Below are positions 17,731-26,757 of a stretch of DNA of 64,000 bases, one piece after another. How positions within the stretch are numbered: the first letter of the stretch is position 1; the number at the start of each line of letters is the position of its first letter. Below the pieces are notes generated by a model. The model worked only from the letters and a program-made list of their open reading frames with translations. It ran no database searches and was not told the origin of the DNA. Source of the stretch: Bacteroidota bacterium (GTDB lineage: Bacteria > Bacteroidota > Bacteroidia > Bacteroidales > FEN-979); assembly GCA_026391775.1 (NCBI GenBank), contig JAPLDK010000007.1, positions 1,065-65,064 on the forward strand, in the 5' to 3' direction. The position numbers were made by a program, and so were the translations under genes.

Positions 17731-19377
17731 ATGAAGAAAAAGTTATTAACACTGAGTTTACCTCTGATATTTCTGTTTTATTCCTGCAACCTGATGAAAA
17801 CCAAAGCCGATTTGATCCTTTATAATGCAAAGATCTATACTGTTGATTCGGTTATAACGGTTGCCGAGGCCATGGCTGTGAAAAACGGGAAGGTACTAGC
17901 AACAGGTTCAACAAAATACATTCTTGAAAAATTCGGTTCGGAAACATTACTTGATGCAGGAGGTAAACCTGTGTATCCCGGGTTTATCGACGCTCATTGC
18001 CATTTTTATGGATATGCTTTGAATTTCAGATCTGTAGCTCTTAATGGTTGCTGTTCATTTGAGGAGGTCCTCGACCGCCTGAAAAAATCAGGAGAGTACA
18101 AACGCGATGAATGGATTGTAGGAAGGGGATGGGATCATAACCGGTGGAAGGAAAAAGTCTTTCCTGACCGTACGAAACTGGATAAGCTATACCCCGAAAA
18201 CCCTGTTGTCCTTACGAGGATTGACGGACATGTTGTGCTTGCAAATAACAAAGCCCTGCAAAAAGCCGGAATTGATATTCATCATTCATTCACTCCCGCT
18301 GAAGTGGAAATAAAGCAAGGTACGCTTACAGGAATCCTTAGTGAGAATGCTGCAGATCATATGCGGAATGCCATCCCGAAACCTGATCCTGCCGGGCTTC
18401 TAAAACTCCTTGCCCGGGCCAGGGAGAATTGTTTTGCAACCGGGCTGACGACTGTGAGCGATGCAGGTCTGGATGCAGCAACTGTTGGCCTGCTGGCTGA
18501 ATTATCGTCGGGACAGGATTCATCGCAGATGATACGCATATATGCAATGCTTGACCCGAGCGTGGAAAATATTAGAAAGTATATCAGGAACGGGCCTTAT
18601 AAGACCTCACGCATACACATTAGTTCAGTTAAAATCTATGCTGATGGCAGCCTGGGTAGCCGTACAGCCCTCCTGAAGCAAGCTTATTCCGATATGCCCT
18701 GCCAGCATGGAATTCAGGTGATATCTGCCGATTCCTTAAGAGAAATCTGTAAACTGTGTCTTGAGTATGGGTACCAGGTCAATACTCATGCCATTGGAGA
18801 TTCAGCAAATAAACTGGTACTTGATATCTATAGTGAGTATCTGAAAAAACAAAATGACCTGCGCTGGAGAATTGAGCATTGCCAGGTGGTTGATCCGGCC
18901 GACCTGTCTATGTTCAAAGATTATTCCGTCATTCCCTCCATCCAGGCTACACATGCTACTTCCGATATGGATTGGGCTGAAGGCAGGCTTGGACCTGTAA
19001 GAATTAAATGGGCCTATGCTTATAAATGCCTGCTGAAGCAAAATGGCTGGTTAGCCAATGGAACCGACTTCCCGATAGAAAATATATCGCCTATACTCAC
19101 CTTTTACGCGGCTGTTGTCCGTAAGGACCTGAACGGTAAGCCTGAGACCGGTTTTCAACAGGAAAATTCACTAAGCAGGGAAGAAGCCCTGAGATCGATA
19201 ACTATTTGGGCTGCAATGGCCGACTTCTGGGAGAATGAAATCGGTAGCCTTGAAACAGGGAAGAATGCTGATTTTGTGATACTGGACCATGATATCATGC
19301 AGGTTGATTGTCAGGTAATCCCGAAAACCTTGGTTTTAGAGACTTTTGTTGACGGACATTCTATGTATAAAAGATAA
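17731..19377 (+). CDS. Metal-dependent amidohydrolase (YtcJ-like, amidohydrolase 3 family), secreted or lipoprotein
   Basis: 548 aa. Signal/lipobox-like N-terminus (LIFLFYSC). Has the HxH metal motif GFIDAHCHF, then HAIGD, EHCQV and NGTDFP. Confidence 0.8.
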   Translation: MKKKLLTLSLPLIFLFYSCNLMKTKADLILYNAKIYTVDSVITVAEAMAVKNGKVLATGSTKYILEKFGSETLLDAGGKPVYPGFIDAHCHFYGYALNFRSVALNGCCSFEEVLDRLKKSGEYKRDEWIVGRGWDHNRWKEKVFPDRTKLDKLYPENPVVLTRIDGHVVLANNKALQKAGIDIHHSFTPAEVEIKQGTLTGILSENAADHMRNAIPKPDPAGLLKLLARARENCFATGLTTVSDAGLDAATVGLLAELSSGQDSSQMIRIYAMLDPSVENIRKYIRNGPYKTSRIHISSVKIYADGSLGSRTALLKQAYSDMPCQHGIQVISADSLREICKLCLEYGYQVNTHAIGDSANKLVLDIYSEYLKKQNDLRWRIEHCQVVDPADLSMFKDYSVIPSIQATHATSDMDWAEGRLGPVRIKWAYAYKCLLKQNGWLANGTDFPIENISPILTFYAAVVRKDLNGKPETGFQQENSLSREEALRSITIWAAMADFWENEIGSLETGKNADFVILDHDIMQVDCQVIPKTLVLETFVDGHSMYKR

Positions 19378-19440
19378 TTCAATTTAGTATATTTGCTCTC
19401 TGATCAAAGAATCAATTCAATAACTAAAACAATAACTTTT

Positions 19441-19857
19441 ATGGACAAGCAGGAAATTTTAAAATACCTGAATGATTGCAGGATCTTTTTTTTAGCAACA
19501 GCAGAAGGCAACACCCCTCATCTCAGGGGTTTATTCCTTCATAAAGCTGATGAGACTGGTATTTCCTTCACTACAGCCAAATTCAGGGACCTTTATAAAC
19601 AACTTAAAGAAAACCCAAAAGTTGAATTGATCTTTTGGCAGGATAAATCATCGATAAGGGTAAGTGGCAGAGTTGTAGAATTGGATGAAAACCTTGACCT
19701 GAAGAAAGAAATTGTTGCGGCAAGGCCATTTATGAACCCATGGATCGAAGCTGCAGGATATTCTCCGATGGCAGTTTTCAAAGTAGTTGATTGTATAGCA
19801 ACAACGTGGAGTTTCGACAAAACCCTGGCCCCAAAAACATATGTGCCATTATCCTAA
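19441..19857 (+). CDS. Pyridoxamine 5'-phosphate oxidase-like FMN-binding protein
   Basis: FFLATAEGNTPHLRGLFL and the split-barrel size class. Start moved to the ATG at 19441 (MDKQEILKYL). The ORF-track start is a non-ATG codon. Confidence 0.55.
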   Translation: MDKQEILKYLNDCRIFFLATAEGNTPHLRGLFLHKADETGISFTTAKFRDLYKQLKENPKVELIFWQDKSSIRVSGRVVELDENLDLKKEIVAARPFMNPWIEAAGYSPMAVFKVVDCIATTWSFDKTLAPKTYVPLS

Positions 19858-19928
19858 GCTTTGAATTACTTGCCAGGGAGTTGGGGATGAAAAAACAAAA
19901 GCCAGGGGCAATAATCTCCAGGTAAGCG

Positions 19929-20540
19929 TTATTTCAGGTTCTTGCAAATCAGTTTGCCGATATCATCGCCGGCTCTGTCAAAACAACTCATAACCCTGGA
20001 ACCGGTATCATAATCATATCCCATCATATTGACACTTTGGCATTTAGGATATGAAATTATAGCCAGGGGTTTGTCCGGTGCTTTTGAATCTACAATATCG
20101 ATCACCAGATCAATATATGCAGGCTTGCTAACTCCGATACCCGATTGAAAACCTTGTTCAAGAGCGGTTACATGAAGGATTAAGGTATACTGTGCGTCGG
20201 TGGCATTAGACTTCCCTTCAAGGCCACATTTATTAAGCTTGCCATTTAAATTTGTTTCAAACTTGGGCTGGAAGCGGGTTCCCTTATCTGTTCTCCATTT
20301 TGCAGCCCACTCTTCACCGCTGCCTTCTTTTTTCTTGTTCCTGTCGGCAGTGCCGTCAGCAATATATTCCTCTTCGCTCACGTATTTACCGACTTTCATT
20401 TTTGAGTAATCATACTGAAGATTGATCACCTTCTGACCTTTCAATAGCGATAAATCCCCCGATTTAAGTTTCTGGGAGAATACGCTGCTTCCTGCAAGTA
20501 AGAAGAAGCATGTTAATAAAAGAATGCCAATTTTTTTCAT
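19929..20540 (-). CDS. Secreted hypothetical protein
   Basis: Signal peptide MKKIGILLLTCFFLLAGSSVFSQ. No family recognised. Start set at the ATG at 20540, since the ORF-track start at 20546 is TTG. Confidence 0.5.
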   Translation of the reverse strand: MKKIGILLLTCFFLLAGSSVFSQKLKSGDLSLLKGQKVINLQYDYSKMKVGKYVSEEEYIADGTADRNKKKEGSGEEWAAKWRTDKGTRFQPKFETNLNGKLNKCGLEGKSNATDAQYTLILHVTALEQGFQSGIGVSKPAYIDLVIDIVDSKAPDKPLAIISYPKCQSVNMMGYDYDTGSRVMSCFDRAGDDIGKLICKNLK

Positions 20541-20581
20541 ATGCAATCGGTTTAAAGTTCTGAATTGTTAACTTAACATGG

Positions 20582-20589
20582 CAAAACTA
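20582..20589 (-). promoter_or_regulatory. Candidate -7 element (TAGTTTTG)
   Basis: The complement reads TAGTTTTG. It lies 41 nt upstream of the ATG at 20540. Confidence 0.3.
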
Positions 20590-20641
20590 TAACAAAAAGT
20601 GGATTTTTCCAAATTTTATCCAGTCTAAATTCAATAGTGGG

Positions 20642-21958
20642 TCAGGAGTGTGAAACATTGTTTCGTTTATCGATGAATTTAATGGCCTTACGGTTGCCTT
20701 CAGGGAATTGAACTTTAATGATGTCTTCAGGTTTATGGAATTTTACCTGGGGTGCTACCCTTAGCCGGGCCCTGAAATGATCCTTAATATCCTTCTCCAG
20801 TTCAGAATTGAACTGGTTTGTACCGGCATTGATTATTATTTCGTCAGTTCCTATCTCATTGGTATATACCTCCACATAATAATTTCTGATGTACGGGATA
20901 TTATCAAGGATATCATATAATGCAGGAGGATAGAGAGTAGTGCCCTTGAATTTTATCATCTGTTTCCTGCGTCCGATCACCGGGCCAAGCCTCATTGTAG
21001 TCCTGCCGCAGGCACAGGGCTCTGTATAATGATAACACACATCTCCTGTTTTAAATCTCAGAAGGGGCATTCCCTTCACCCCAATAGTGGTAATGGTGAC
21101 TTCGCCTGCTTGTCCTTCCTGAACGGGATTGCCATTGTCGTCCAGGAATTCAACGATGATCAGTTCAGGGTGATGATGGCCACCAGTCCCTTCTCTGCAT
21201 TCAGTAAAAGTAGTGGCCATTTCGGTGGAGGCATAGGTTGAATATAGTTTCAAAGGCCATTTTCCCAGTATTTTCCTCCCAAGAGCATTCATACTCAAAT
21301 CAGGATTCCTTAAGGGCTCACCAATGCAAACAGCTTTTGTAATGCTGGATGATCGATAGTCTATCCCGTTTTGTTCAGCATATTCAATGATTTTAAGAAT
21401 AAAAGAAGGGACGACTATGATGGCATTGGGGCGGATGCGGTTTATTGTATCCCATTGAAGTTCAGGGATGCCATTGCCCACTCTTACGATTGATGCACCC
21501 AGCATTCTTATACCAAGGAAATATGCCATACCAGCCATAAATCTGCGATCAAGGGTTGTCATTAGCTGGTACAGGTCATCCACAGAACCATCGGCACAGG
21601 TAAAGGAAATGGCTTCATTGTATGCAAGCCGGTCCAGGTCACTGTTGGTCATCGCCACAGTAACCGGATCTCCCATCGTGCCTGAAGTTGTTATATAATC
21701 AACGATATTGTTTTTGGGAACACAAATGAAGTCCTCGTTAAACTGCTGAAGGTGGGCTTTGTCTGTAACGGGAATCCGTATCAGGTCTTCCAGGTGGCTG
21801 ATCTTGCTTATATCAATCGAGTGTTCTCTGAAGAGACTTTTGTAAAAGGCGGAATTAGCACCAACATAGTTTAGTAAATCTCCCAGGGATTCTTCCTGGA
21901 AATTCTTTATCTCTTCAAGTGATTGACGCTCAATAGCAGGAAAAAAGGATCTGGCCAT
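20642..21958 (-). CDS. Phenylacetate-CoA ligase-like adenylate-forming enzyme (PaaK / F390 synthetase family)
   Basis: 438 aa. AMP-binding core TTSGTMGDPV, then YASTEM, RFKTGD and KGTTLYP. The short single-lobe architecture is typical of PaaK-like ligases. Confidence 0.75.
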   Translation of the reverse strand: MARSFFPAIERQSLEEIKNFQEESLGDLLNYVGANSAFYKSLFREHSIDISKISHLEDLIRIPVTDKAHLQQFNEDFICVPKNNIVDYITTSGTMGDPVTVAMTNSDLDRLAYNEAISFTCADGSVDDLYQLMTTLDRRFMAGMAYFLGIRMLGASIVRVGNGIPELQWDTINRIRPNAIIVVPSFILKIIEYAEQNGIDYRSSSITKAVCIGEPLRNPDLSMNALGRKILGKWPLKLYSTYASTEMATTFTECREGTGGHHHPELIIVEFLDDNGNPVQEGQAGEVTITTIGVKGMPLLRFKTGDVCYHYTEPCACGRTTMRLGPVIGRRKQMIKFKGTTLYPPALYDILDNIPYIRNYYVEVYTNEIGTDEIIINAGTNQFNSELEKDIKDHFRARLRVAPQVKFHKPEDIIKVQFPEGNRKAIKFIDKRNNVSHS

Positions 21959-21975
21959 CTGTTTCTTCGTGAATC

Positions 21976-22677
21976 CTAGATTTTAATCCCTACCAGGATC
22001 CTGAATGTGGAAGTATCCAGCCAATATTTTGGGTTATCATCCTGGTTATATGTAAATCTTACCTTGCCCCAATTATACTGGAAAGCAAACAGCATTATTC
22101 TGTACCTGATGCCAAGGCTGACTTCATTTAGTGTGTAATTTGAACCCCACATGCTGTTGTACCATGCTGCAGTCGCATTAACCTTGTATGATAGGTCAAT
22201 CATCAGGTAGTCGACAGGGTTGATGGTCAGGACAGGGCCGAACTTCTGGCCTCCGAAATAATACCAGTATTCATATTTCTTTGATGACTTGGAATTTGGA
22301 GGCAGGGCCTGATCTGTCGGGTTGAAAGATGCCGTAAGAAATGTGGCATCAATTCCGGCTCTCAAATGATGATTGGCAAATGAAGGGCCAATGTATATCA
22401 GGTACCCCAGTTCAAAAACAAATCCGAATTTTGCCTGGTTGAATTTAATTGTATCTATCGTTCCTTTATACGGGTAATAATTCATATGCTGGTTGGCAAA
22501 ATCAACCATAGGGAAAGAACCGCCAAACTTCATGTAAAACCCGCTTTTAATGTGACTTGTAAAAGTTTTTGGTTGAGTAACCGTCGGTTGTGTTTGTCCC
22601 TGGGGAGGCTGATCCTGGGAATAGAGGAAAGTACTTGTAAAAAACACGAATAAAAAAGGCAGAAAAAATTTTTTCAT
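21976..22677 (-). CDS. Putative outer-membrane beta-barrel protein
   Basis: 233 aa. Signal peptide MKKFFLPFLFVFFTSTFLYSQ, a Q/P/T-rich linker and alternating aromatic/polar strands with many Y/F/W/G. No specific family recognised. Confidence 0.45.
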   Translation of the reverse strand: MKKFFLPFLFVFFTSTFLYSQDQPPQGQTQPTVTQPKTFTSHIKSGFYMKFGGSFPMVDFANQHMNYYPYKGTIDTIKFNQAKFGFVFELGYLIYIGPSFANHHLRAGIDATFLTASFNPTDQALPPNSKSSKKYEYWYYFGGQKFGPVLTINPVDYLMIDLSYKVNATAAWYNSMWGSNYTLNEVSLGIRYRIMLFAFQYNWGKVRFTYNQDDNPKYWLDTSTFRILVGIKI

Positions 22678-22726
22678 AATGGATGGTTTATCTCGGGGTT
22701 CATAGGTTTATCGTTTTACAAAGATA

Positions 22727-22734
22727 CAAATGTA
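22727..22734 (-). promoter_or_regulatory. Candidate internal -7 element (TACATTTG)
   Basis: The complement reads TACATTTG. It abuts the sulfotransferase stop codon and lies 49 nt upstream of the ATG at 22677. Confidence 0.3.
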
Positions 22735-23817
22735 TCAGGAATAGGAATATTTCATCATATAGGCTTTTAATTCAGTCTTGATAGCTGTTTTATCATTCTC
22801 TGACAATGAAAAACTGTTTTTCTTGAAGTTGCAGTTAATGGCCATGTATTCCCTTATTTTACTCTCCTGGCGTTCAGAAAATATTAGTCCCAATGCCGAA
22901 TAAATCTGTTTTACGGTCATTACCGGATCATTCTCCAGGTCTTCGAACCGGGTTTCAGCATAAACCCCTGCCGGCAATGTATGCGTTTCGGCACTGATCT
23001 TCTCCATTATAAGGTTAATTACCCTGCATATCTCCGCAATGTTATATTTATGAAGCTCATTGTTCAGGTTATTCTCCTTCTGAAGAATCTCCCACATATT
23101 TATAGTAGATGGAACTACAGAAAACGGATGCCTGTATATCTGAATGAACCTGGCCTTGGGAAAAACCTCAAGAAGCAACCTGATCCTTAATGAATGGAAT
23201 GGGTTTTTAGAGAGGATGATGCCTTTTTGATTATAACCTACTTTGGTAAAAAAGGATTTCAACTGTTCTTTGAGGACTTCGTTTGCTTTGAACGAATTCA
23301 CCTTCTTTACCCATTCCTCTATGAAATAGCGTTCGCTACTTGGAAACAGCAGTTGTTCAAGAGGCGAATAGCCTGTAAGTCTGAAAACTGCATATTCGTC
23401 CTCCTGGGGTTCATCCATTCCTATTTTTACATTATCCATAGGCCTGGTTTCCCTGACGAGGGCTTTCATTATTGGTTTATAATAGGCATGAGAAATAAGC
23501 ATACTGTCAGGTTCAGCAACCTGAAACAAGGTAGGGGCTTTGAACTGTTCATCCAGACTCATCAGTTTAAACAATAAAGTAGTACCTGTGCGCCAGTGTC
23601 CGATAATAAAGACTGGATCCACAGGGCATGGCATTGTTTTAAGACGCTTGCCGTAACGTATATTTTCAATGGAGGCAAAAAGGCTTGACCATGCCGAACT
23701 TTGCAATAAAAAGAGAATTCTCCCTAAACTTCTGGGATTCCAGCTTATTTTATTCCTGGACAGGATACTTATCAGCCGGCCGGATGACATCCCGGCAGTT
23801 ATGTAAGAATGTTTCAA
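22735..23817 (-). CDS. Sulfotransferase family protein
   Basis: 360 aa. PAPS 5'-phosphosulfate loop-like IIGHWRTGTTLLFKLM and 3'-phosphate motif-like QIYRHPFSVVPS. Confidence 0.7.
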   Translation of the reverse strand: MKHSYITAGMSSGRLISILSRNKISWNPRSLGRILFLLQSSAWSSLFASIENIRYGKRLKTMPCPVDPVFIIGHWRTGTTLLFKLMSLDEQFKAPTLFQVAEPDSMLISHAYYKPIMKALVRETRPMDNVKIGMDEPQEDEYAVFRLTGYSPLEQLLFPSSERYFIEEWVKKVNSFKANEVLKEQLKSFFTKVGYNQKGIILSKNPFHSLRIRLLLEVFPKARFIQIYRHPFSVVPSTINMWEILQKENNLNNELHKYNIAEICRVINLIMEKISAETHTLPAGVYAETRFEDLENDPVMTVKQIYSALGLIFSERQESKIREYMAINCNFKKNSFSLSENDKTAIKTELKAYMMKYSYS

Positions 23818-23829
23818 GAATCAGATAAA

Positions 23830-24114
23830 TTATGAATGTTTTCCTTGTTCGGAAACAAGAAATTCTGCAATGCTGTTAATTGACCTTATCACTGAACGAG
23901 CCAGGTTCTGATCGGCTATTCTCAGGTTATATTTACGCTGTATTGCCATGATGATCTCCAATGCGTCGACGGAATCCAGCGTCAGGGCATTTTCCCCGCC
24001 AAATAGTGGTTTGTCATCATCGATTTCTTCAGGCTTTATCCCTGTTATTCCAAGTGTTTCCATTATGAGATTCTTGATCTCCGTCCTCAGTTCTTCCGTC
24101 ACTACCTGGTTCAT
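23830..24114 (-). CDS. Acyl carrier protein
   Basis: 94 aa. Phosphopantetheine attachment motif LTLDSVDALEIIMAIQ. Confidence 0.85.
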   Translation of the reverse strand: MNQVVTEELRTEIKNLIMETLGITGIKPEEIDDDKPLFGGENALTLDSVDALEIIMAIQRKYNLRIADQNLARSVIRSINSIAEFLVSEQGKHS

Positions 24115-24124
24115 GTAAGTTGAT

Positions 24125-25132
24125 TTAATTAATAGTTTTTGACAATCGTTTAAAAAAGTCCTCTTCCAAACCGGCCCTCTGGTAAAGAAGGTCGCTCATC
24201 TGTTTGAATTTATCAGGGCCAAGGTCACGGTTCTTGCCGATCTTTGCTGCAAAAAGTGAGAATTCCCGCCAGCCGTCGCCGATCTCCATAAGTTCTCTTG
24301 CAAAATCTTTCAGTTCGGGTTTGTTTATAATCTCAGATGCCTGCTGAAGAAACGTAGCATACATGAAACGGAATCCCGCTCCACCGGTTCCCTGGTCCTC
24401 GAGAAGAATATTGATCTTCATGACCTCATGTGACAGATGCTCAGTATCTCTGGCAATAGCAGGCCACTCGGTTATTTTTTTAGCAAACAGCTTCATCCCT
24501 TTGATGCCAAGAAAGGGAATGGGTAAACTTAACATGTAAAAGCATGCCTTTTTTATTCCCTTGCGGATGGCTTTATCGTAATCGAAGGTCTCAGGAACGT
24601 ATCTTGGATAAAAAATAGAGCCTTTCGGGGACATGCTCCCCTGGGCGAACCTGCCTTTGTTCATCGATTCGACCGGAAGGTCAACAAGCTTGGGAAAGTA
24701 AGAGTCGCTTACTTTATAAACATCCCCTTCTTTACCAATCGCCACAATGAAATGCACATTTATATGGACGCGTTCCCAGGAAGGCACATAATCCAGATAA
24801 AACATATCGACCTGAGTGGCTGTGGGAATCCCCTTTGAAATAAGCAGGTCAAGTGCTTCCTGGCCTGCTGTCTGGTTTTTGAAATCCTTTGTGAAAAACT
24901 TTACACCAGTCCTTTTTTCAAGATTTTTTCTCATTTGACCAGGTTTGTTCCTGACAATGAAAGTAGGGAAAGCAAAGGATTTCATTTTATGAAAATAACC
25001 GAAAAAGATTCCGCTGGAGATCCCGAATATCATGGGTTCGGTGATCTTCATCCCGGCATGGTTAAGTAAAGAAGTAATGGATCCCGATTCACAATGGGCC
25101 GCCATTTTATGCTGATAATTCTCTATAATCAT
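24125..25132 (-). CDS. BtrH_N-like / DUF4872 two-domain protein (papain-like fold, putative ACP-dependent acyltransferase or hydrolase)
   Basis: The N-terminal AAHCESGSITSLLNHAGMKITEPMIFGISSG pattern matches the butirosin BtrH N-terminal family as I remember it. The C-terminal half (GTGGAGFRFMYATFL) is paralogous to 63468..64000. Start moved to the ATG at 25132. Confidence 0.6.
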   Translation of the reverse strand: MIIENYQHKMAAHCESGSITSLLNHAGMKITEPMIFGISSGIFFGYFHKMKSFAFPTFIVRNKPGQMRKNLEKRTGVKFFTKDFKNQTAGQEALDLLISKGIPTATQVDMFYLDYVPSWERVHINVHFIVAIGKEGDVYKVSDSYFPKLVDLPVESMNKGRFAQGSMSPKGSIFYPRYVPETFDYDKAIRKGIKKACFYMLSLPIPFLGIKGMKLFAKKITEWPAIARDTEHLSHEVMKINILLEDQGTGGAGFRFMYATFLQQASEIINKPELKDFARELMEIGDGWREFSLFAAKIGKNRDLGPDKFKQMSDLLYQRAGLEEDFFKRLSKTIN

Positions 25133-25136
25133 TTCT

Positions 25137-25532
25137 TTATTTTCTGTTTCCTGATTGCCTTCCTGCAACCTCTTCCACCGAAACGTTGAACACTACAGAG
25201 TATTTTTTTAGTGCAGATTCATTGATCCTGGAAAAATTGCCCGGTTTAAGATGCTTTCTTACGATCCACTTCATAATCCCAGCACGTGCCGCAAGTTCTG
25301 AAATAGTAAGGTCTTCCAGTATCATATAATACTCAATGGCATTAATCTCACCTTTTTCTATCCTCTCCCGGAGAGCCTTTTCCAGGTTACGCCGTTTGAA
25401 AAAGTAATCGTCAATATAATTAGCTGAAAGGTAGGAGCCGGTTTGCATGGCCCCATACTTTCCGTCCTCCTTTTCCACATACAGTATTACCTGCTGTTCA
25501 GGGCATTCAGAATATCCATCCTTTTCTTTCAT
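25137..25532 (-). CDS. Hypothetical protein with C-terminal helix-turn-helix-like segment
   Basis: 131 aa. LTISELAARAGIMKWIVRKHLKPGNFSRI resembles an XRE-type HTH. No confident family. Confidence 0.4.
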   Translation of the reverse strand: MKEKDGYSECPEQQVILYVEKEDGKYGAMQTGSYLSANYIDDYFFKRRNLEKALRERIEKGEINAIEYYMILEDLTISELAARAGIMKWIVRKHLKPGNFSRINESALKKYSVVFNVSVEEVAGRQSGNRK

Positions 25533-25552
25533 CGGATCACCCGGTTTGAAGA

Positions 25553-26743
25553 TTAAGCTTTTCTGACTGCAAAAATATAAATGCTGCTGATCATTGCAAA
25601 AATGAAGAAGACAAAGAGCAGCAGACTCCTGGGCAAAATTGTCAAAATACCACCTCCGCGAATAAATACATCAAGGTAATTGTCAATTCCCCATCGCATG
25701 GGAGAGATCAGGCTGAGGTTTTGTAACAGTTTCGGCATCACGTGCACCGGAAGGAAAGTACCGCTGATTACACCAAGCAATACTACCATCACAGAACCGA
25801 ACAGAGATGCCTGAGCCATCGTCTCTGAGGCTGAGCCGACAAGTATTCCGAACCCAATTGCAGCAAGTGATGAAGCTGCTGTTGCAAATAAAATGGCTGC
25901 AACATTGTTCCCAACCTGAAGCTGAGGCAGTCCGAGGAAGTTCGGGAAAACCCAAAGTCCGACCAGCATCATGAGGAAGAACTGGATGAGACATACCATG
26001 AAATAAACAAAAACCTTTGACCCAAGAATCACTCCAAACCCGACAGGCAGTGTTCGCAGCCTCTGGAATGCCCCTTCATGTTTTTCATTGATTATGCTTG
26101 CCGCAAGAGGTATTACAATAAAAAACATTGCGAAGAGAATGAAGCCCGGAACTATGTTTTGAATGGCGGTGGGTTTTATTTCCTGCATTTCAGAGCCTGC
26201 AAAAGATTCCTGCACAACAGGCAACTTATTTGTGCTTTCTTCAATTGACTTATCGATAAGAGGTTTCAAGTCACCCGAGGATATGGCAAGCATGTTCTCC
26301 ACAATATTCCTTGTTTGTGTGCCTTTTATAAGGTATTTCAGTGGCATGATGAGGTTCGAACGGTATGGCCCTGAAACAGCCGGGTCCGAAATAATCTCGA
26401 TAGCAGAATCACCGCGCCCTATATACAGGCCGATCTGATATTTTCCTGAATTGATCAGATCAATGGCGATTTTCCTCGATATGACTAATCCATCAGCTAC
26501 AGTATCTGTTTCAAAAAATCCGCTTGATACGAGATTTTCACGCAGTGATGTTGAAAAACCGGAATGGCTGTCGTCAATGAACACCAGCCTGGTCTTTCCT
26601 ATCTCATTACGCAGGCTATAATCCTGAGCCAAAATGACAACTGTCATCAGCAAAACAGGCATCAGGAAAAGGATCAGAAGGCCGGGAACATCCCGAAAGA
26701 TAATGAGGATCTCTTTTTTTGCCGAAAACAGAAGCTTGTTCAT
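25553..26743 (-). CDS. ABC-2 type transporter permease
   Basis: 396 aa. Has an N-terminal TM, a large extracytoplasmic loop and a C-terminal 5-TM bundle. Same architecture as 61395..62696. No ATPase is adjacent to this copy. Confidence 0.7.
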   Translation of the reverse strand: MNKLLFSAKKEILIIFRDVPGLLILFLMPVLLMTVVILAQDYSLRNEIGKTRLVFIDDSHSGFSTSLRENLVSSGFFETDTVADGLVISRKIAIDLINSGKYQIGLYIGRGDSAIEIISDPAVSGPYRSNLIMPLKYLIKGTQTRNIVENMLAISSGDLKPLIDKSIEESTNKLPVVQESFAGSEMQEIKPTAIQNIVPGFILFAMFFIVIPLAASIINEKHEGAFQRLRTLPVGFGVILGSKVFVYFMVCLIQFFLMMLVGLWVFPNFLGLPQLQVGNNVAAILFATAASSLAAIGFGILVGSASETMAQASLFGSVMVVLLGVISGTFLPVHVMPKLLQNLSLISPMRWGIDNYLDVFIRGGGILTILPRSLLLFVFFIFAMISSIYIFAVRKA

Positions 26744-26757
26744 CCTGCAAAGGTAAA

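Noticed and set aside
25553-26743. Treating the first ABC-2 permease as a pseudogene or orphan because no ATPase is adjacent
   Set aside because: The ORF is intact and full-length. ABC-2 systems commonly use two different permeases with one ATPase, and the ATPase at 62716..63468 could serve both.
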